Notes: a model not told the origin generated them from the letters alone. DNA of 64,000 bases from an uncultured Candidatus Actinomarina sp. (GCA_902635945.1 CACPPU010000001.1:35098-99097); one strand, 5' to 3'; shown: positions 50,205 to 59,899, counted from the stretch's first letter. Program-made: numbers and translations.

Positions 50205-50906
50205 CTATTTTATTAATGTTCCTAAAGATTCACCAGTTAAAGCTTTGTATATATTTCCAGTTGTTGTGCCATCAAATACTCTTATAGGCATTTTGTTTTC
50301 TTCGCATAATGTAATAGCCGTAAGATCCATCACTTTAAGTTTGCTAGAAACAACTTCTTTATAAGATATCTCATCGAATTTTTTTGCATCTGTATCTTTT
50401 TCAGGATCTTTATCAAAAACACCATCCACTCTTGTGGACTTAAGCATTAAGGTTGCTTCTATCTCAGCGGCTCTTAAAGATGCGGCTGTATCAGTTGTAA
50501 AATAAGGATTACCAGTGCCTGCTGCAAAAATCACTACTCTTCCTTTTTCTAAGTGCCTAATAGCTCTCAGTCTTATATAAGGTTCAGCAACTGCTGTCAT
50601 TGTGATTGCAGACTGAACTCTTGTTTGAGTTCCATTTTTGTCTAAAGCATCTTTTAAAGCTACAGCATTGATTACTGTTGCTAACATTCCCATATAATCA
50701 GCATTAGCTTGTGCCATATTTTTTGCAGATTCTTGTACTCCTCTGAAGAAGTTTCCACCACCAACAACAACTCCAATTTCAATACCTTTGTTGTTAGCTT
50801 CTGTTATTTCAGAAGCGATTCTTTCAATAGTTTCTGGTTGTATACCAAAATTTGATACCGGATCTGCAAAAGATTCTCCGGAAAGTTTGAGAAGAATCCT
50901 ACTCAT
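50205..50906 (-). CDS. pyrH: UMP kinase
   Basis: [32 protein letters not shown]. Confidence 0.98.
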   Translation of the reverse strand: MSRILLKLSGESFADPVSNFGIQPETIERIASEITEANNKGIEIGVVVGGGNFFRGVQESAKNMAQANADYMGMLATVINAVALKDALDKNGTQTRVQSAITMTAVAEPYIRLRAIRHLEKGRVVIFAAGTGNPYFTTDTAASLRAAEIEATLMLKSTRVDGVFDKDPEKDTDAKKFDEISYKEVVSSKLKVMDLTAITLCEENKMPIRVFDGTTTGNIYKALTGESLGTLIK

Positions 50907-50909
50907 AAT

Positions 50910-51518
50910 TTAGGCTCCTACTTCTATTCGAGAGAATTTCTTAATATAAATTTTTTCACCTAATCTACCACTAAGTTCTTCAATCATGGTACCAACTTGG
51001 CCTTCATAAAAATCTGGATTACAGAAAGTTTGTTCATTTAAAACATAATCTTTATAAAAAGATGAAATTTTACCTTCAACAATTTTTTCAATCACTTCTG
51101 CAGGTTTACCTTCATTTTCTGATTGTTTTTGAATTATATCTTTTTCTTCATCTATTCTTGACTCAGGTACTTCGTCAATATTTACAAATTCTGGTTTTAA
51201 TGCAGCAATATGCATAGCAATTTGTTTTGCAACATTTTTAAACTCTTCAGATTTGGCAACAAAATCAGTTTCACATGCGAGTTCAACTAACACTCCTGAT
51301 ACGGCTCTATCTTGTTGGTAATGTATATAATCACCAATTGTTCCTTGATTAGCTTCCTTATCAGCTCTTTTCTTTGAATCTGCTAATCCTTTTTCTCTTA
51401 AAAATTTAACCGCTTTATCGAAATCACCAGAGCTTTCTGAAAGAGCCTTTTTAGCATCCATCATTCCTGCACCTGTCATATCACGTAATTTTTTTACGTC
51501 TGAAGCTGAGATTGTCAT
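50910..51518 (-). CDS. tsf: elongation factor Ts (short form)
   Basis: VKKLRDMTGAGMMD, ETDFVA, MHIAA. Confidence 0.97.
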   Translation of the reverse strand: MTISASDVKKLRDMTGAGMMDAKKALSESSGDFDKAVKFLREKGLADSKKRADKEANQGTIGDYIHYQQDRAVSGVLVELACETDFVAKSEEFKNVAKQIAMHIAALKPEFVNIDEVPESRIDEEKDIIQKQSENEGKPAEVIEKIVEGKISSFYKDYVLNEQTFCNPDFYEGQVGTMIEELSGRLGEKIYIKKFSRIEVGA

Positions 51519-52228
51519 TACTCACTCTCCTTATTTTCGACTTGGTCTCTTTTACCCGAACCTTTTAAGCAAGCATCTGCTATTGCTGAAGCTATAAGTT
51601 CAATTGACCTAATTGCATCATCATTTCCTGGAATTAGGAAATCTATCCCTTCTGGATTTACATTAGAATCAGCTAATCCTATAACAGGTATGCCTAATTT
51701 CTGTGCTTCTGTAATAGCTGTAGTTTCGTTTGCAAGATCTACAACAAATAATGCATCTGGAAGTTTGTTTAGATTGACAATTCCACCAATTGATTTATTT
51801 AATTTTTCAATTTCTCTTTTTATTTTTAGTCTTTCAGATTTTGTATATGCATTAATTTCACCTGAAGATTCTAGAGATACTAATTCTTTCAAATAAACAA
51901 CTCTTTTAATGATTGTTTTAAAATTTGTAAGCATTCCACCAAGCCATCTAAAATTCACATATGGCATTCCCGCTCTATTTGCTTGATCTTCTATAACTTG
52001 TTGAGCTTGAGGTTTAGTTCCAACAAAAAGAACTTTTCCACTGTTAGCTACTAATTTTTGAACGTAGTCTTGAGCTTGTTCAATAGCTTCATATGTAATT
52101 CTTAAGTCAAGAATGTGAATGCCGCTTTTTGCGCCATAAATGTATTTGTCCATTTTCGGATTCCATCTTTGAGTTTGATGGCCAAAATGCACGCCTGCTT
52201 CAAGCAGATCTTTCATTGATGTAGACAT
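51518..52228 (-). CDS. rpsB: 30S ribosomal protein S2
   Basis: LEAGVHFGH..RWNPKM, RWLGGMLTN, IPGNDDAIRS. Confidence 0.99.
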   Translation of the reverse strand: MSTSMKDLLEAGVHFGHQTQRWNPKMDKYIYGAKSGIHILDLRITYEAIEQAQDYVQKLVANSGKVLFVGTKPQAQQVIEDQANRAGMPYVNFRWLGGMLTNFKTIIKRVVYLKELVSLESSGEINAYTKSERLKIKREIEKLNKSIGGIVNLNKLPDALFVVDLANETTAITEAQKLGIPVIGLADSNVNPEGIDFLIPGNDDAIRSIELIASAIADACLKGSGKRDQVENKESE

Positions 52229-52239
52229 CTAATTTCTCC

Positions 52240-52320
52240 TTTGGTTAATTCATCCCACATTCCTTGCCTAAGCGGTTTCCAAACTTTCGTTCACCAAGGA
52301 AACTTGTAAATGTGGTGTCT
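52240..52320 (-). promoter_or_regulatory. structured rpsB (S2) leader
   Basis: Nested complementary segments CCACATT/AATGTGG and TTCCTTG/CAAGGAA upstream of SD AAGGAG. Confidence 0.65.
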
Positions 52321-52357
52321 ATTTTCTTTAAAAATTCTAATATTAATGCTGTATTAA

Positions 52358-53227
52358 TCAACCCCTTGGGTGAGATTGTTTGTATTTTTTCTTCAATTGC
52401 TTTTTTGATACATGTGTATATATTTGAGTAGTATTTGGATCATTGTGACCAAGAAGCTCCTGAACTATTCGCAAATCTGCTCCCCCGTCTAAAAGATGTG
52501 TTGCAAAAGTGTGCCTTAGACTGTGTGGAAAAGTTCCAACTCTAAGTTTTACAATTCTTCTTATTTCCCTATCACTTAATTTCCCGCCCCTAATGCCCAA
52601 AAATAAAAAGTCATTAGATTTTTCATTAGCAAATATTTCCCTAGCAATCCTTAAATAGTTATTAATACTATTAAATGCACGTTCAGTTATTGGTAAAACT
52701 CTCTCCTTATTACCTTTCCCTAAAACTTTAATAGATTTATTTTTTCTAATATCTTTAATAACAAGATTGCTTACTTCACTAACTCGAAGACCAGAAGAAT
52801 ACATTAGTTCTAATATGGCTTTGTCTCTAATCTCTTTATTGTCACTTACAGGTAAAGAATCTAGTAGTTCATTTATATAATTTGCGGTTAGTACATTAGG
52901 AAGTTTTTTATCTGTTTTTAAACTTGTAACTGGTTTAATTAGGTCTCTTTCAAAATAATCATTCTCTGAGCTCCAAAACAAAAAAGACCTAATAGACGTA
53001 ATTTTTCTGTTGATAGTAGATTTTGAATAATTTTTTTTAGAACAGATTTTTAAAAAATTTGAAAACTCTCCAACTTTGTTCTCTTCATTCAAATACTGAG
53101 TAATGTCATTTTTGTATGACTTAATAGTGTTTGGCGAATAATTATTAATTTTTTCAAGTGCATTTAAATATTGATTTAAAATTTCCTTTTGATTGATTTT
53201 ATTATCTAGCTTCAAGTCTTTTCTCAA
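52358..53227 (-). CDS. xerC: tyrosine recombinase XerC/XerD
   Basis: GLRVSE, GKGNKER, PHSLRHTFATHLL, LLGH...TTQIYTHV; chromosomal position next to rpsB. Confidence 0.9.
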   Translation of the reverse strand: MRKDLKLDNKINQKEILNQYLNALEKINNYSPNTIKSYKNDITQYLNEENKVGEFSNFLKICSKKNYSKSTINRKITSIRSFLFWSSENDYFERDLIKPVTSLKTDKKLPNVLTANYINELLDSLPVSDNKEIRDKAILELMYSSGLRVSEVSNLVIKDIRKNKSIKVLGKGNKERVLPITERAFNSINNYLRIAREIFANEKSNDFLFLGIRGGKLSDREIRRIVKLRVGTFPHSLRHTFATHLLDGGADLRIVQELLGHNDPNTTQIYTHVSKKQLKKKYKQSHPRG

Positions 53228-53957
53228 GTCTTCTTTGTAATCCAGAAAGGATGAGTGTAATAATTAAATACATCACAGTAAGAACGAGATAAGTTTCTGC
53301 AAATCTAAATGTACTTCCAGAATATAACCTGCCTCTATACGTTAGATCTTCTACTGCTAAAACTGATAACAGTGAGGAGTCTTTCATCATAGAAATAAAA
53401 TCATTTCCGAGTGCAGGAAGCATATTACGAAAAGCTTGAGGCAAGACTATATGTCTCATTACTTGTCTTTCAGATAAGCCTAACGATGCACCACCCTCTC
53501 TTTGACCTACAGGTACAGATTCAATTCCGGCTCTAAACACTTCAGCAATATATGCTCCATAAAATACTGAAAGTGCAATTATTGCTCTAACCAACATTGG
53601 AACGTTACCATTATTAATGTTGAAAAATTCGGCAGCTCTAACAACTACTACGAAAGCAATTGTAAAAATAAGTATAAGAACGGGCACTCCACGTATAAAT
53701 TCGATGTATGTTCTTGAGATTGTTCGTGCAAATTTATTCTTGGAAATCCTTCCTATTCCAGAAATCAAACCAAGAAATAAGGCAATTATGAATGATATAA
53801 ATGTTGAAAGAAAAGTAATTGTAAGCCCGGGCAGTATAAAATTAAAAGCTTTGTTGTATTCAGGTTCGGAATAGATCATGAATAGCATATAAGCTATTAC
53901 TCCACTTAGAATAATGATCCACCAATTATCTGGTTTAAGAAGATTTTTTATTTTCAT
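53202..53957 (-). CDS. polar amino acid ABC transporter permease
   Basis: YIEFIRGVP, AYIAEVFRAGIESVP.GQ.E, KDSSL. Confidence 0.95.
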   Translation of the reverse strand: MKIKNLLKPDNWWIIILSGVIAYMLFMIYSEPEYNKAFNFILPGLTITFLSTFISFIIALFLGLISGIGRISKNKFARTISRTYIEFIRGVPVLILIFTIAFVVVVRAAEFFNINNGNVPMLVRAIIALSVFYGAYIAEVFRAGIESVPVGQREGGASLGLSERQVMRHIVLPQAFRNMLPALGNDFISMMKDSSLLSVLAVEDLTYRGRLYSGSTFRFAETYLVLTVMYLIITLILSGLQRRLEKRLEAR

Positions 53958-53975
53958 TTATATCCATAGTAAAGC

Positions 53976-54001
53976 AATAGGCACGGATATCCGTGCCTAT
54001 T
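53976..54001. terminator. perfect 26-bp palindromic hairpin between binding-protein and permease genes
   Basis: AATAGGCACGGATATCCGTGCCTATT. Confidence 0.75.
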
Positions 54002-54029
54002 ACAAATTTAAATATAAGTAAACTTTTAC

Positions 54030-54917
54030 TTATACTTCGCAGTCCTCTGGAAGATATTCTTCTGGAATGTTTTCATCACATTCTGCGATATCATCATAGG
54101 TTACTGAAAAGTCAGGTGAGAAGAACTTAGCATTGATTTCTGCAAGTTTTCCACTTTCCTTCATAGCTGCCAACCCTTTGTTTACAACATCAACTAATGG
54201 GCTTCCATTAGGAAATGCGAAACCGAGTTGCTCTGAAGTTAAGTCACCACCAACCAATTTAACTTGGTCTTTGTTGGCTCCCATATAACCTAAACCAGCT
54301 GTTTCATCAATAATTGATGCATCTGCATCACCAGAAATAACAGCTTGGATTGCAAAGTTAAAATCATCAAAAGCTTGGACTTTATCTTCTCCAAGTTCTG
54401 AAACTGCAAACTCATAGTTTGTAGTACCTTTTTGAGTTGCTACTGTATAGTCTCCATTTTTGAGATCATCAATACTTGTAATTTCAGTATTTCCAACTGC
54501 GACAAGTACTCTTTGTGCTAAATTAATATATCCATCTGAAAAGTCGATGATTTCATCTCTTTCAGCTGTGATAGTAATTCCATCACCTGCGACCATGAAT
54601 TGACCGTCAGCAACTGCTTGTATCATTCCATCCCATGCTGCAGGTATATAAACTGGTGTGAAGTTCATCAACTCACCCATGTGATTAAAGACATCATAGT
54701 CCCAACCTTTTGCTACACCGTCAGCGGCATCAATATAGTTAAATGGAAGATACGCATTTTCTACAGCAAATGTAAATTCACATCCACCTAGATCAGGTAA
54801 TCCGTTTTCTCCTGTTGTAATTTCTACCTCATCACAAGGTGTAGCGTCAGCGCCTCCACACGCAGCTGCAACCAATGCGAGAACAAAAATTAAAAGGAGT
54901 GATTTCTTAGTTTTCAC
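54030..54917 (-). CDS. polar amino acid ABC transporter substrate-binding lipoprotein (possibly arginine)
   Basis: Lipobox AAAC, AYLPFNY, WDGMI, ITITAER, QKGTT; SD GGAGG. Confidence 0.92.
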   Translation of the reverse strand: MKTKKSLLLIFVLALVAAACGGADATPCDEVEITTGENGLPDLGGCEFTFAVENAYLPFNYIDAADGVAKGWDYDVFNHMGELMNFTPVYIPAAWDGMIQAVADGQFMVAGDGITITAERDEIIDFSDGYINLAQRVLVAVGNTEITSIDDLKNGDYTVATQKGTTNYEFAVSELGEDKVQAFDDFNFAIQAVISGDADASIIDETAGLGYMGANKDQVKLVGGDLTSEQLGFAFPNGSPLVDVVNKGLAAMKESGKLAEINAKFFSPDFSVTYDDIAECDENIPEEYLPEDCEV

Positions 54918-54949
54918 TTAGTAAACCTCCGTTTTCTTAAGTAATGATT

Positions 54950-54987
54950 ATTGCATAAAAATGCATATAAATGCATAATTATACATA
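54950..54987. promoter_or_regulatory. tandem ARG boxes (ArgR operator)
   Basis: aTTGCATAAAAATGCATa and aATGCATAATTATACATa, two 18-bp boxes 2 bp apart. Confidence 0.75.
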
Positions 54988-54991
54988 TTTT

Positions 54992-55747
54992 TTATTCATC
55001 TAATGTATTTTTATAAACTGGTGGTCTTTTATCTAAAAATGCTGACATTCCTTCAGCTGCATCTGAATGAAGAAATCTTTTATTTTGGTTTTCTGTTTCT
55101 AAATCTAACGATTTACTGAATGTTTTGTCCAAACCTTCTCTTATTTGTTGTTTAATCATGCATATAGATATGAAACTTTGTTTGTTTAAACTTTCTATTA
55201 ATGATTCGAATTCTTTATCCATGTCTTCCAAAGAACATAACTTATGTAAAACACCAAGATTATTTAACTCAGTACCATTAATTTCATTTGATGTCATCAT
55301 TAAAGATTTTGCTTTTTGAATTCCAATAATTCGTGGTAGAACCCATGAACCACCAAAATCAACAACTAAGCCTCTCCTAACAAAAACTTCAATAAATCTT
55401 GTCTCTGGTGTAGCAATTATAAAATCACTTAAAAGCATCATATTCGAACCCGCACCAGCAGCAATACCATTAACAAGCGAGATTACTGGTTTTTTACAAT
55501 TCCATAAAGTTTCTGCAGCATTTGATACATCTTCCATTAAGGAGTTAATATTTTCACCCAGTTGTGCTCCAGCAGAATAATTACCATTAATATGTTTAAT
55601 TACTAAATACTTCTGATCACTTTTTTCAAAATATTCAATTTCAGATTTTAATGATTTCCAATCTCCTGAACTTATAGCATTAAGAGAAGCTTCATCATTA
55701 AAATATAGATACTTAATATCGTTTTCAATTTTTGATTCAAGAACCAT
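54992..55747 (-). CDS. enoyl-CoA hydratase/isomerase family protein
   Basis: YSAGAQL, KPVISLVNGIAAGAG, FVRRGLVVDFGG, EGMSAFLDKRPP. Confidence 0.92.
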   Translation of the reverse strand: MVLESKIENDIKYLYFNDEASLNAISSGDWKSLKSEIEYFEKSDQKYLVIKHINGNYSAGAQLGENINSLMEDVSNAAETLWNCKKPVISLVNGIAAGAGSNMMLLSDFIIATPETRFIEVFVRRGLVVDFGGSWVLPRIIGIQKAKSLMMTSNEINGTELNNLGVLHKLCSLEDMDKEFESLIESLNKQSFISICMIKQQIREGLDKTFSKSLDLETENQNKRFLHSDAAEGMSAFLDKRPPVYKNTLDE

Positions 55748-55784
55748 ATTTCAAGTTTAATATATTTTAATTTAGAATGTAGTT

Positions 55785-55892
55785 ATGGGATTTGATCCAA
55801 ATAGACCTTATAAGGCAAATAAAACTGACTATATCAATATTATTTTTGCCTTCATACTTACGGCAATTGTTGTTATATGGGCTTTAAGCTAA
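55785..55892 (+). CDS. unannotated 35-aa single-TM small protein
   Basis: MGFDPNRPYKANKTDYINIIFAFILTAIVVIWALS; TAGAAT-N6-ATG leaderless promoter. Confidence 0.7.
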   Translation: MGFDPNRPYKANKTDYINIIFAFILTAIVVIWALS

Positions 55893-56460
55893 AAGATTTT
55901 CTATGAATATTTGATAAACCATATTTTGAAATAGCCTCTCTATGATCTTTTGTTCCATAACCTTTATTTTTTTCAAATGAATATTCAGGGTATTTTTCTG
56001 AAAATTTGATCATTAAATTATCTCTAAGGACTTTTGCGATAATACTTGCTAAAGCTATTGCTCTACAATTATCTTCTCCTCGAACCACAGAGATAGATTT
56101 AAAGTCGTTAATTTTAAAATGATCAACATATACTATTTCATTGCCAGTGTAAATATCTGAGATTGAGTCAGTTAAAACTTTTTCATTAGCGTTCTTGATT
56201 CCAAATTGATCAATAAAAGTATTTGATGATTCATTAAATGAATACTCAATGTTATTTTCTTCGACCATTGAAAATATTTCTTCTCTTTTTTTTGCACTAA
56301 GTTTTTTTGAATCTTTTACGTTAGTTAATAGTGCTAAATGTGAATAATTAATCTTTACCGCTGCAGCACATATTGGACCAGCAAAAGAACCTCTGCCAAC
56401 TTCATCTGCTCCTATTATGTATTTAGCTGGATCTTCTGACCAAACTTTATCTTCAATCAT
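55873..56460 (-). CDS. rnhB: ribonuclease HII
   Basis: GADEVGRG, DSKKLS, ASIIAKVLRD, NKGYGT..H, HRKSF. Confidence 0.97.
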   Translation of the reverse strand: MIEDKVWSEDPAKYIIGADEVGRGSFAGPICAAAVKINYSHLALLTNVKDSKKLSAKKREEIFSMVEENNIEYSFNESSNTFIDQFGIKNANEKVLTDSISDIYTGNEIVYVDHFKINDFKSISVVRGEDNCRAIALASIIAKVLRDNLMIKFSEKYPEYSFEKNKGYGTKDHREAISKYGLSNIHRKSFSLKPI

Positions 56461-57043
56461 TTATATTTGTAAAATTTTCAAATGGGAAAATCACATAATA
56501 AGCTTTCCCAACAATATTGTTGTAAGGTATTGTTCCGATGTATCTAGAGTCTTGGCTGTTTATTCTGTTATCTCCTAAAACAAATATTTCTCCATCAGGG
56601 ACAACATATGTTTGGTCTTTGAAGTATCTACCCTCTTCAATATTAAGCACTACAAATCTATTGTTATTTACAAATACTTCACCTGATTGATTAATAACAA
56701 CTTCATCACCACCAGTACCAATAACTCTTTTAATTAATGCAGTATTTAAATAAGTCTGATCATTTGTTAGTTTCCAAATCTGTAAAGACTCTATAAATTG
56801 GTCATAATAATTTTCATCAAACTGTGTTTGCGGACCATAAAAAACAACAATATCACCTGTTGTTATATCTGTTTCTATAAAGGTATTCTTTACTACTAAA
56901 ACTCTGTCATTAACTTGTAAGGTTGGTTCCATAGAAGATGATGGAATGAAATAAATTTGTACAAGAAAAGTTCTGACTAATGTAGCCGCAACAATAGCTA
57001 GAACGATTATTAGTGATGACTTAATTAACTTCTTTATAATAAT
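56453..57043 (-). CDS. lepB: signal peptidase I (non-AUG start; extends upstream of the ORF-track call)
   Basis: In-frame upstream TM and catalytic-Ser box: KKLIKSSLIIVLAIVAATLVRTFLVQIYFIPSSSMEPTL; LIKRVIG, LGDNR.NS.DSR. Confidence 0.9.
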   Translation of the reverse strand: MIIKKLIKSSLIIVLAIVAATLVRTFLVQIYFIPSSSMEPTLQVNDRVLVVKNTFIETDITTGDIVVFYGPQTQFDENYYDQFIESLQIWKLTNDQTYLNTALIKRVIGTGGDEVVINQSGEVFVNNNRFVVLNIEEGRYFKDQTYVVPDGEIFVLGDNRINSQDSRYIGTIPYNNIVGKAYYVIFPFENFTNIND

Positions 57044-57049
57044 AAAAGT

Positions 57050-57394
57050 TTAATTACGATCTTCTTTTATTTTGGCTGATTTACCAACACGATCTCTTAG
57101 ATAATAAAGTTTAGATCTTCTTACTTTACCTTTTCTAATGACTTCAATAGAGTCAACAATTGGCGCATGAACAGGAAAAATTCTTTCGACACCAACGCCA
57201 AAAGAAAGTTTTCTAACTGTAATAGTTTTATTTACTCCTACACCATTAATAGCAATAATTACACCTTCAAAAGTCTGAATTCTTTCTCTATTTCCTTCGG
57301 ATACTTTTACGTTAACTTTTACAGTATCTCCAGGACCAAAGGAAGGTAAGTCTTCCTTTAAGAATTCGTTTTCAATGCTTTTTATTAAGTCCAT
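57050..57394 (-). CDS. rplS: 50S ribosomal protein L19
   Basis: [32 protein letters not shown]. Confidence 0.99.
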   Translation of the reverse strand: MDLIKSIENEFLKEDLPSFGPGDTVKVNVKVSEGNRERIQTFEGVIIAINGVGVNKTITVRKLSFGVGVERIFPVHAPIVDSIEVIRKGKVRRSKLYYLRDRVGKSAKIKEDRN

Positions 57395-57431
57395 AGTTGC
57401 TCCAGATGAGAATTATATAATTAAATTAAGT

Positions 57432-58067
57432 TTATATGTCTTTTAAATTATTCTTTTTCCATTCATCTATTTTTTGATGATTTCCGGACAAAAGTACCTC
57501 TGGTACTTTCTTATTTTTAAAGATTTCAGGTCTTGTATAGACAGGATAATCAATTTTATTATCTGTAAAAGTTTCACTTTTTAATGATTCAGGATTTCCT
57601 AACACATCTGGGATTTTCCTAATCAATGCTTCTAATAAATACAAAGCTGGGATTTCTCCCCCGGAAACAACAGATTGGCCAATTGATATTTCATAATCAG
57701 AATGAATTTCTAAAATTCTTTGATCATAACCTTCATATCTACCACATACTAAATTAATTGACTTGTATTCAAGTAATTCACTTATAAGATTTTCATTTAA
57801 CTGTTGTCCTGATGGGGTTAGAAAAACATTAATATCTGCCTTGCTGGAAGTTATAGCTTTGTCTAATGGTTCTGGCATCAAAACCATTCCTGGCCCACCG
57901 CCATATGGAGCATCATCAACTTGTTTATATGTTCCTATGCCATAATCTCTAAGATTTGTTGAATTTATAGCTACTAAATTATTTTTTAATGCTTGATTAA
58001 TAATCCCGGCATTTTTCCATTCTTCAATTAGATTTGGAAATAATGTTATTACATTGTAAGAATTCAT
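57432..58067 (-). CDS. trmD: tRNA (guanine-N1)-methyltransferase
   Basis: VDDAPYGGGPGMVL, CGRYEG, VSGGE, YTRP, VPEVLLSGNH. Confidence 0.97.
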   Translation of the reverse strand: MNSYNVITLFPNLIEEWKNAGIINQALKNNLVAINSTNLRDYGIGTYKQVDDAPYGGGPGMVLMPEPLDKAITSSKADINVFLTPSGQQLNENLISELLEYKSINLVCGRYEGYDQRILEIHSDYEISIGQSVVSGGEIPALYLLEALIRKIPDVLGNPESLKSETFTDNKIDYPVYTRPEIFKNKKVPEVLLSGNHQKIDEWKKNNLKDI

Positions 58068-59899
58068 TTTTTTTCTAAAGAATTTTTTGTATCGCTAAAT
58101 TTTGTATATAAAGTATTTCTCAAAATTGGATTTTTATTTTCAGACTCAATTATTTGAATAAATTGATCTTCAGTTGTTTCTTGCCCATGATCTGCTCCTG
58201 AAGCTCTGCTAATGTTTTCATTGATCAAAGTACCACCTAAATCATTAACACCAGCATGAAGGAGTTTGCCTGCTCCATCATGACCCAATTTCACCCAGCT
58301 TGCTTGAATGTTGTCTATTGAATTTACAAAGTAAATTCGCGCTAATGAATGAATAAGAACAACTTCATCCCAAGTAGGTCCTGGCATACTTTTACCCTGT
58401 AAGTAAATAGGAGAACCCATGTGAACAAAAGGAAGAGGTACAACTTCAGTAAATCCATTTGTTTTGCTTTGAACATTTTTTATTAATGAAAAATGATTAA
58501 CCCATGAATCTATATCATCAATATGACCAAACATAATTGTTGCTGTAGATTTTATCCCTAAGTTATGAGCTACTTCCATTACATATGCCCATTGCGAAGA
58601 AGTTATTTTATCAGGGCAAAGATATTTTCTAACTCTATCGTCTAATATCTCAGCAGCAGTTCCGGGAAGTGTGTTTAGTCCAGCTTTTTTTAACAGCCTT
58701 AAATACTCCTCAACACTCAAACCAATAGTCTCTGCACCTTGCCAAATTTCTAAAGGAGTGAAACCGTGAATGTGCATTTCTGGAACAGAAGCTTTTATAT
58801 CTTTTACCATTTTTAAATAAAACTCTCCCGTATAGTCAGGATGAATGCCGCCTTGTAAACAAACTTCTGATGCACCCATATCATATGCTTCGACAGTTCT
58901 TTCAACCACTTCTTGTATATCAATGTTGTATGGTTTTTCTTTTAAATTTAAACTATTAGGACCTTTAGAAAATCCACAGAAACCACATTTGTAATAGCAT
59001 TGATTCGTATAATTAATATTTCTATTCTTTACATAAGAAACATTATTTCCGTTTTTTAAAAAATTTAACTCGTTAGCAACATTTGCAATATCATTTATTT
59101 TTTCTCCTGCGGTATTAAACAATACTCTTAAATCATCATTATTAATTTGATATCCATCTAATACCCTTTTCAATAATGAGTCAATTTCAGAATGGTTGAT
59201 TTGACTTTTATTGTTAAAAACAAAATTATTTAAATTTGGGATATTTTTCCCACTACCAGGAGACCAACTTGTCTCTTCTCTTCTAAAGCCTCTGACATTT
59301 CTAGTTTTTAAGAATCTAAAAAATCTTTCTTTATCAAATTCTTCTCTTGCCTCATCAATAGAAAATACGGGAGAAAGCAAAGTTCGCTCATAGAAATTTA
59401 GACCTTCTAGGTTTTGAAGTTCTAATATCTGTTCGGAACTCCAGTCCCTGAGGAGTAAATCTGAAACTCCTGCATTAGCAAATTCAATTGCTTCCTCAAT
59501 TGTTTCAACGTATGTCGATGTTATAAAACTTGTTTTTGAGTTAATAGATTTAAGGAATTGTAGTTCTGATTTAGTAGAAATTAAAATAGTGTGTGGCTTT
59601 AGTCTATCGATAACTTCTAATGCGATTTCAATATTATTTTTAAAAATGTAAATCAATCTTTTTGGATGTACAGATTTAAACTCCTTCCAGTTTTCGTCAG
59701 TAACCATCCATGCGTCTGCATTTATAGTGATATCCTTTGATACTGTTTGAAATTCCTTATTATGTAAATTATCCGTATTTACTGGTACATCACTTTTTAT
59801 TAAGAATGTAGAAGTTCCCTCTTTTTTTCTTGAATTTAAATATATTTCGTTGTCGTTATCACATGGTCTGATTCGAAGAAAAGAAATGTTATTGTTCAT
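58064..59899 (-). CDS. cofH: FO synthase subunit CofH with extra N-terminal domain
   Basis: NRNINYTNQCYYKCGFC, EVCLQGG, PGTAAEIL, NIQASWVK, NDLGGTL.NENISRASGA; start set at ATG 59899. Confidence 0.92.
   Translation of the reverse strand: MNNNISFLRIRPCDNDNEIYLNSRKKEGTSTFLIKSDVPVNTDNLHNKEFQTVSKDITINADAWMVTDENWKEFKSVHPKRLIYIFKNNIEIALEVIDRLKPHTILISTKSELQFLKSINSKTSFITSTYVETIEEAIEFANAGVSDLLLRDWSSEQILELQNLEGLNFYERTLLSPVFSIDEAREEFDKERFFRFLKTRNVRGFRREETSWSPGSGKNIPNLNNFVFNNKSQINHSEIDSLLKRVLDGYQINNDDLRVLFNTAGEKINDIANVANELNFLKNGNNVSYVKNRNINYTNQCYYKCGFCGFSKGPNSLNLKEKPYNIDIQEVVERTVEAYDMGASEVCLQGGIHPDYTGEFYLKMVKDIKASVPEMHIHGFTPLEIWQGAETIGLSVEEYLRLLKKAGLNTLPGTAAEILDDRVRKYLCPDKITSSQWAYVMEVAHNLGIKSTATIMFGHIDDIDSWVNHFSLIKNVQSKTNGFTEVVPLPFVHMGSPIYLQGKSMPGPTWDEVVLIHSLARIYFVNSIDNIQASWVKLGHDGAGKLLHAGVNDLGGTLINENISRASGADHGQETTEDQFIQIIESENKNPILRNTLYTKFSDTKNSLEKK

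Noticed and set aside
52358-53227. Tyrosine recombinase as an integrase of a mobile element
   Set aside because: XerC/D-like size and motifs, housekeeping position beside rpsB, no att repeats or cargo
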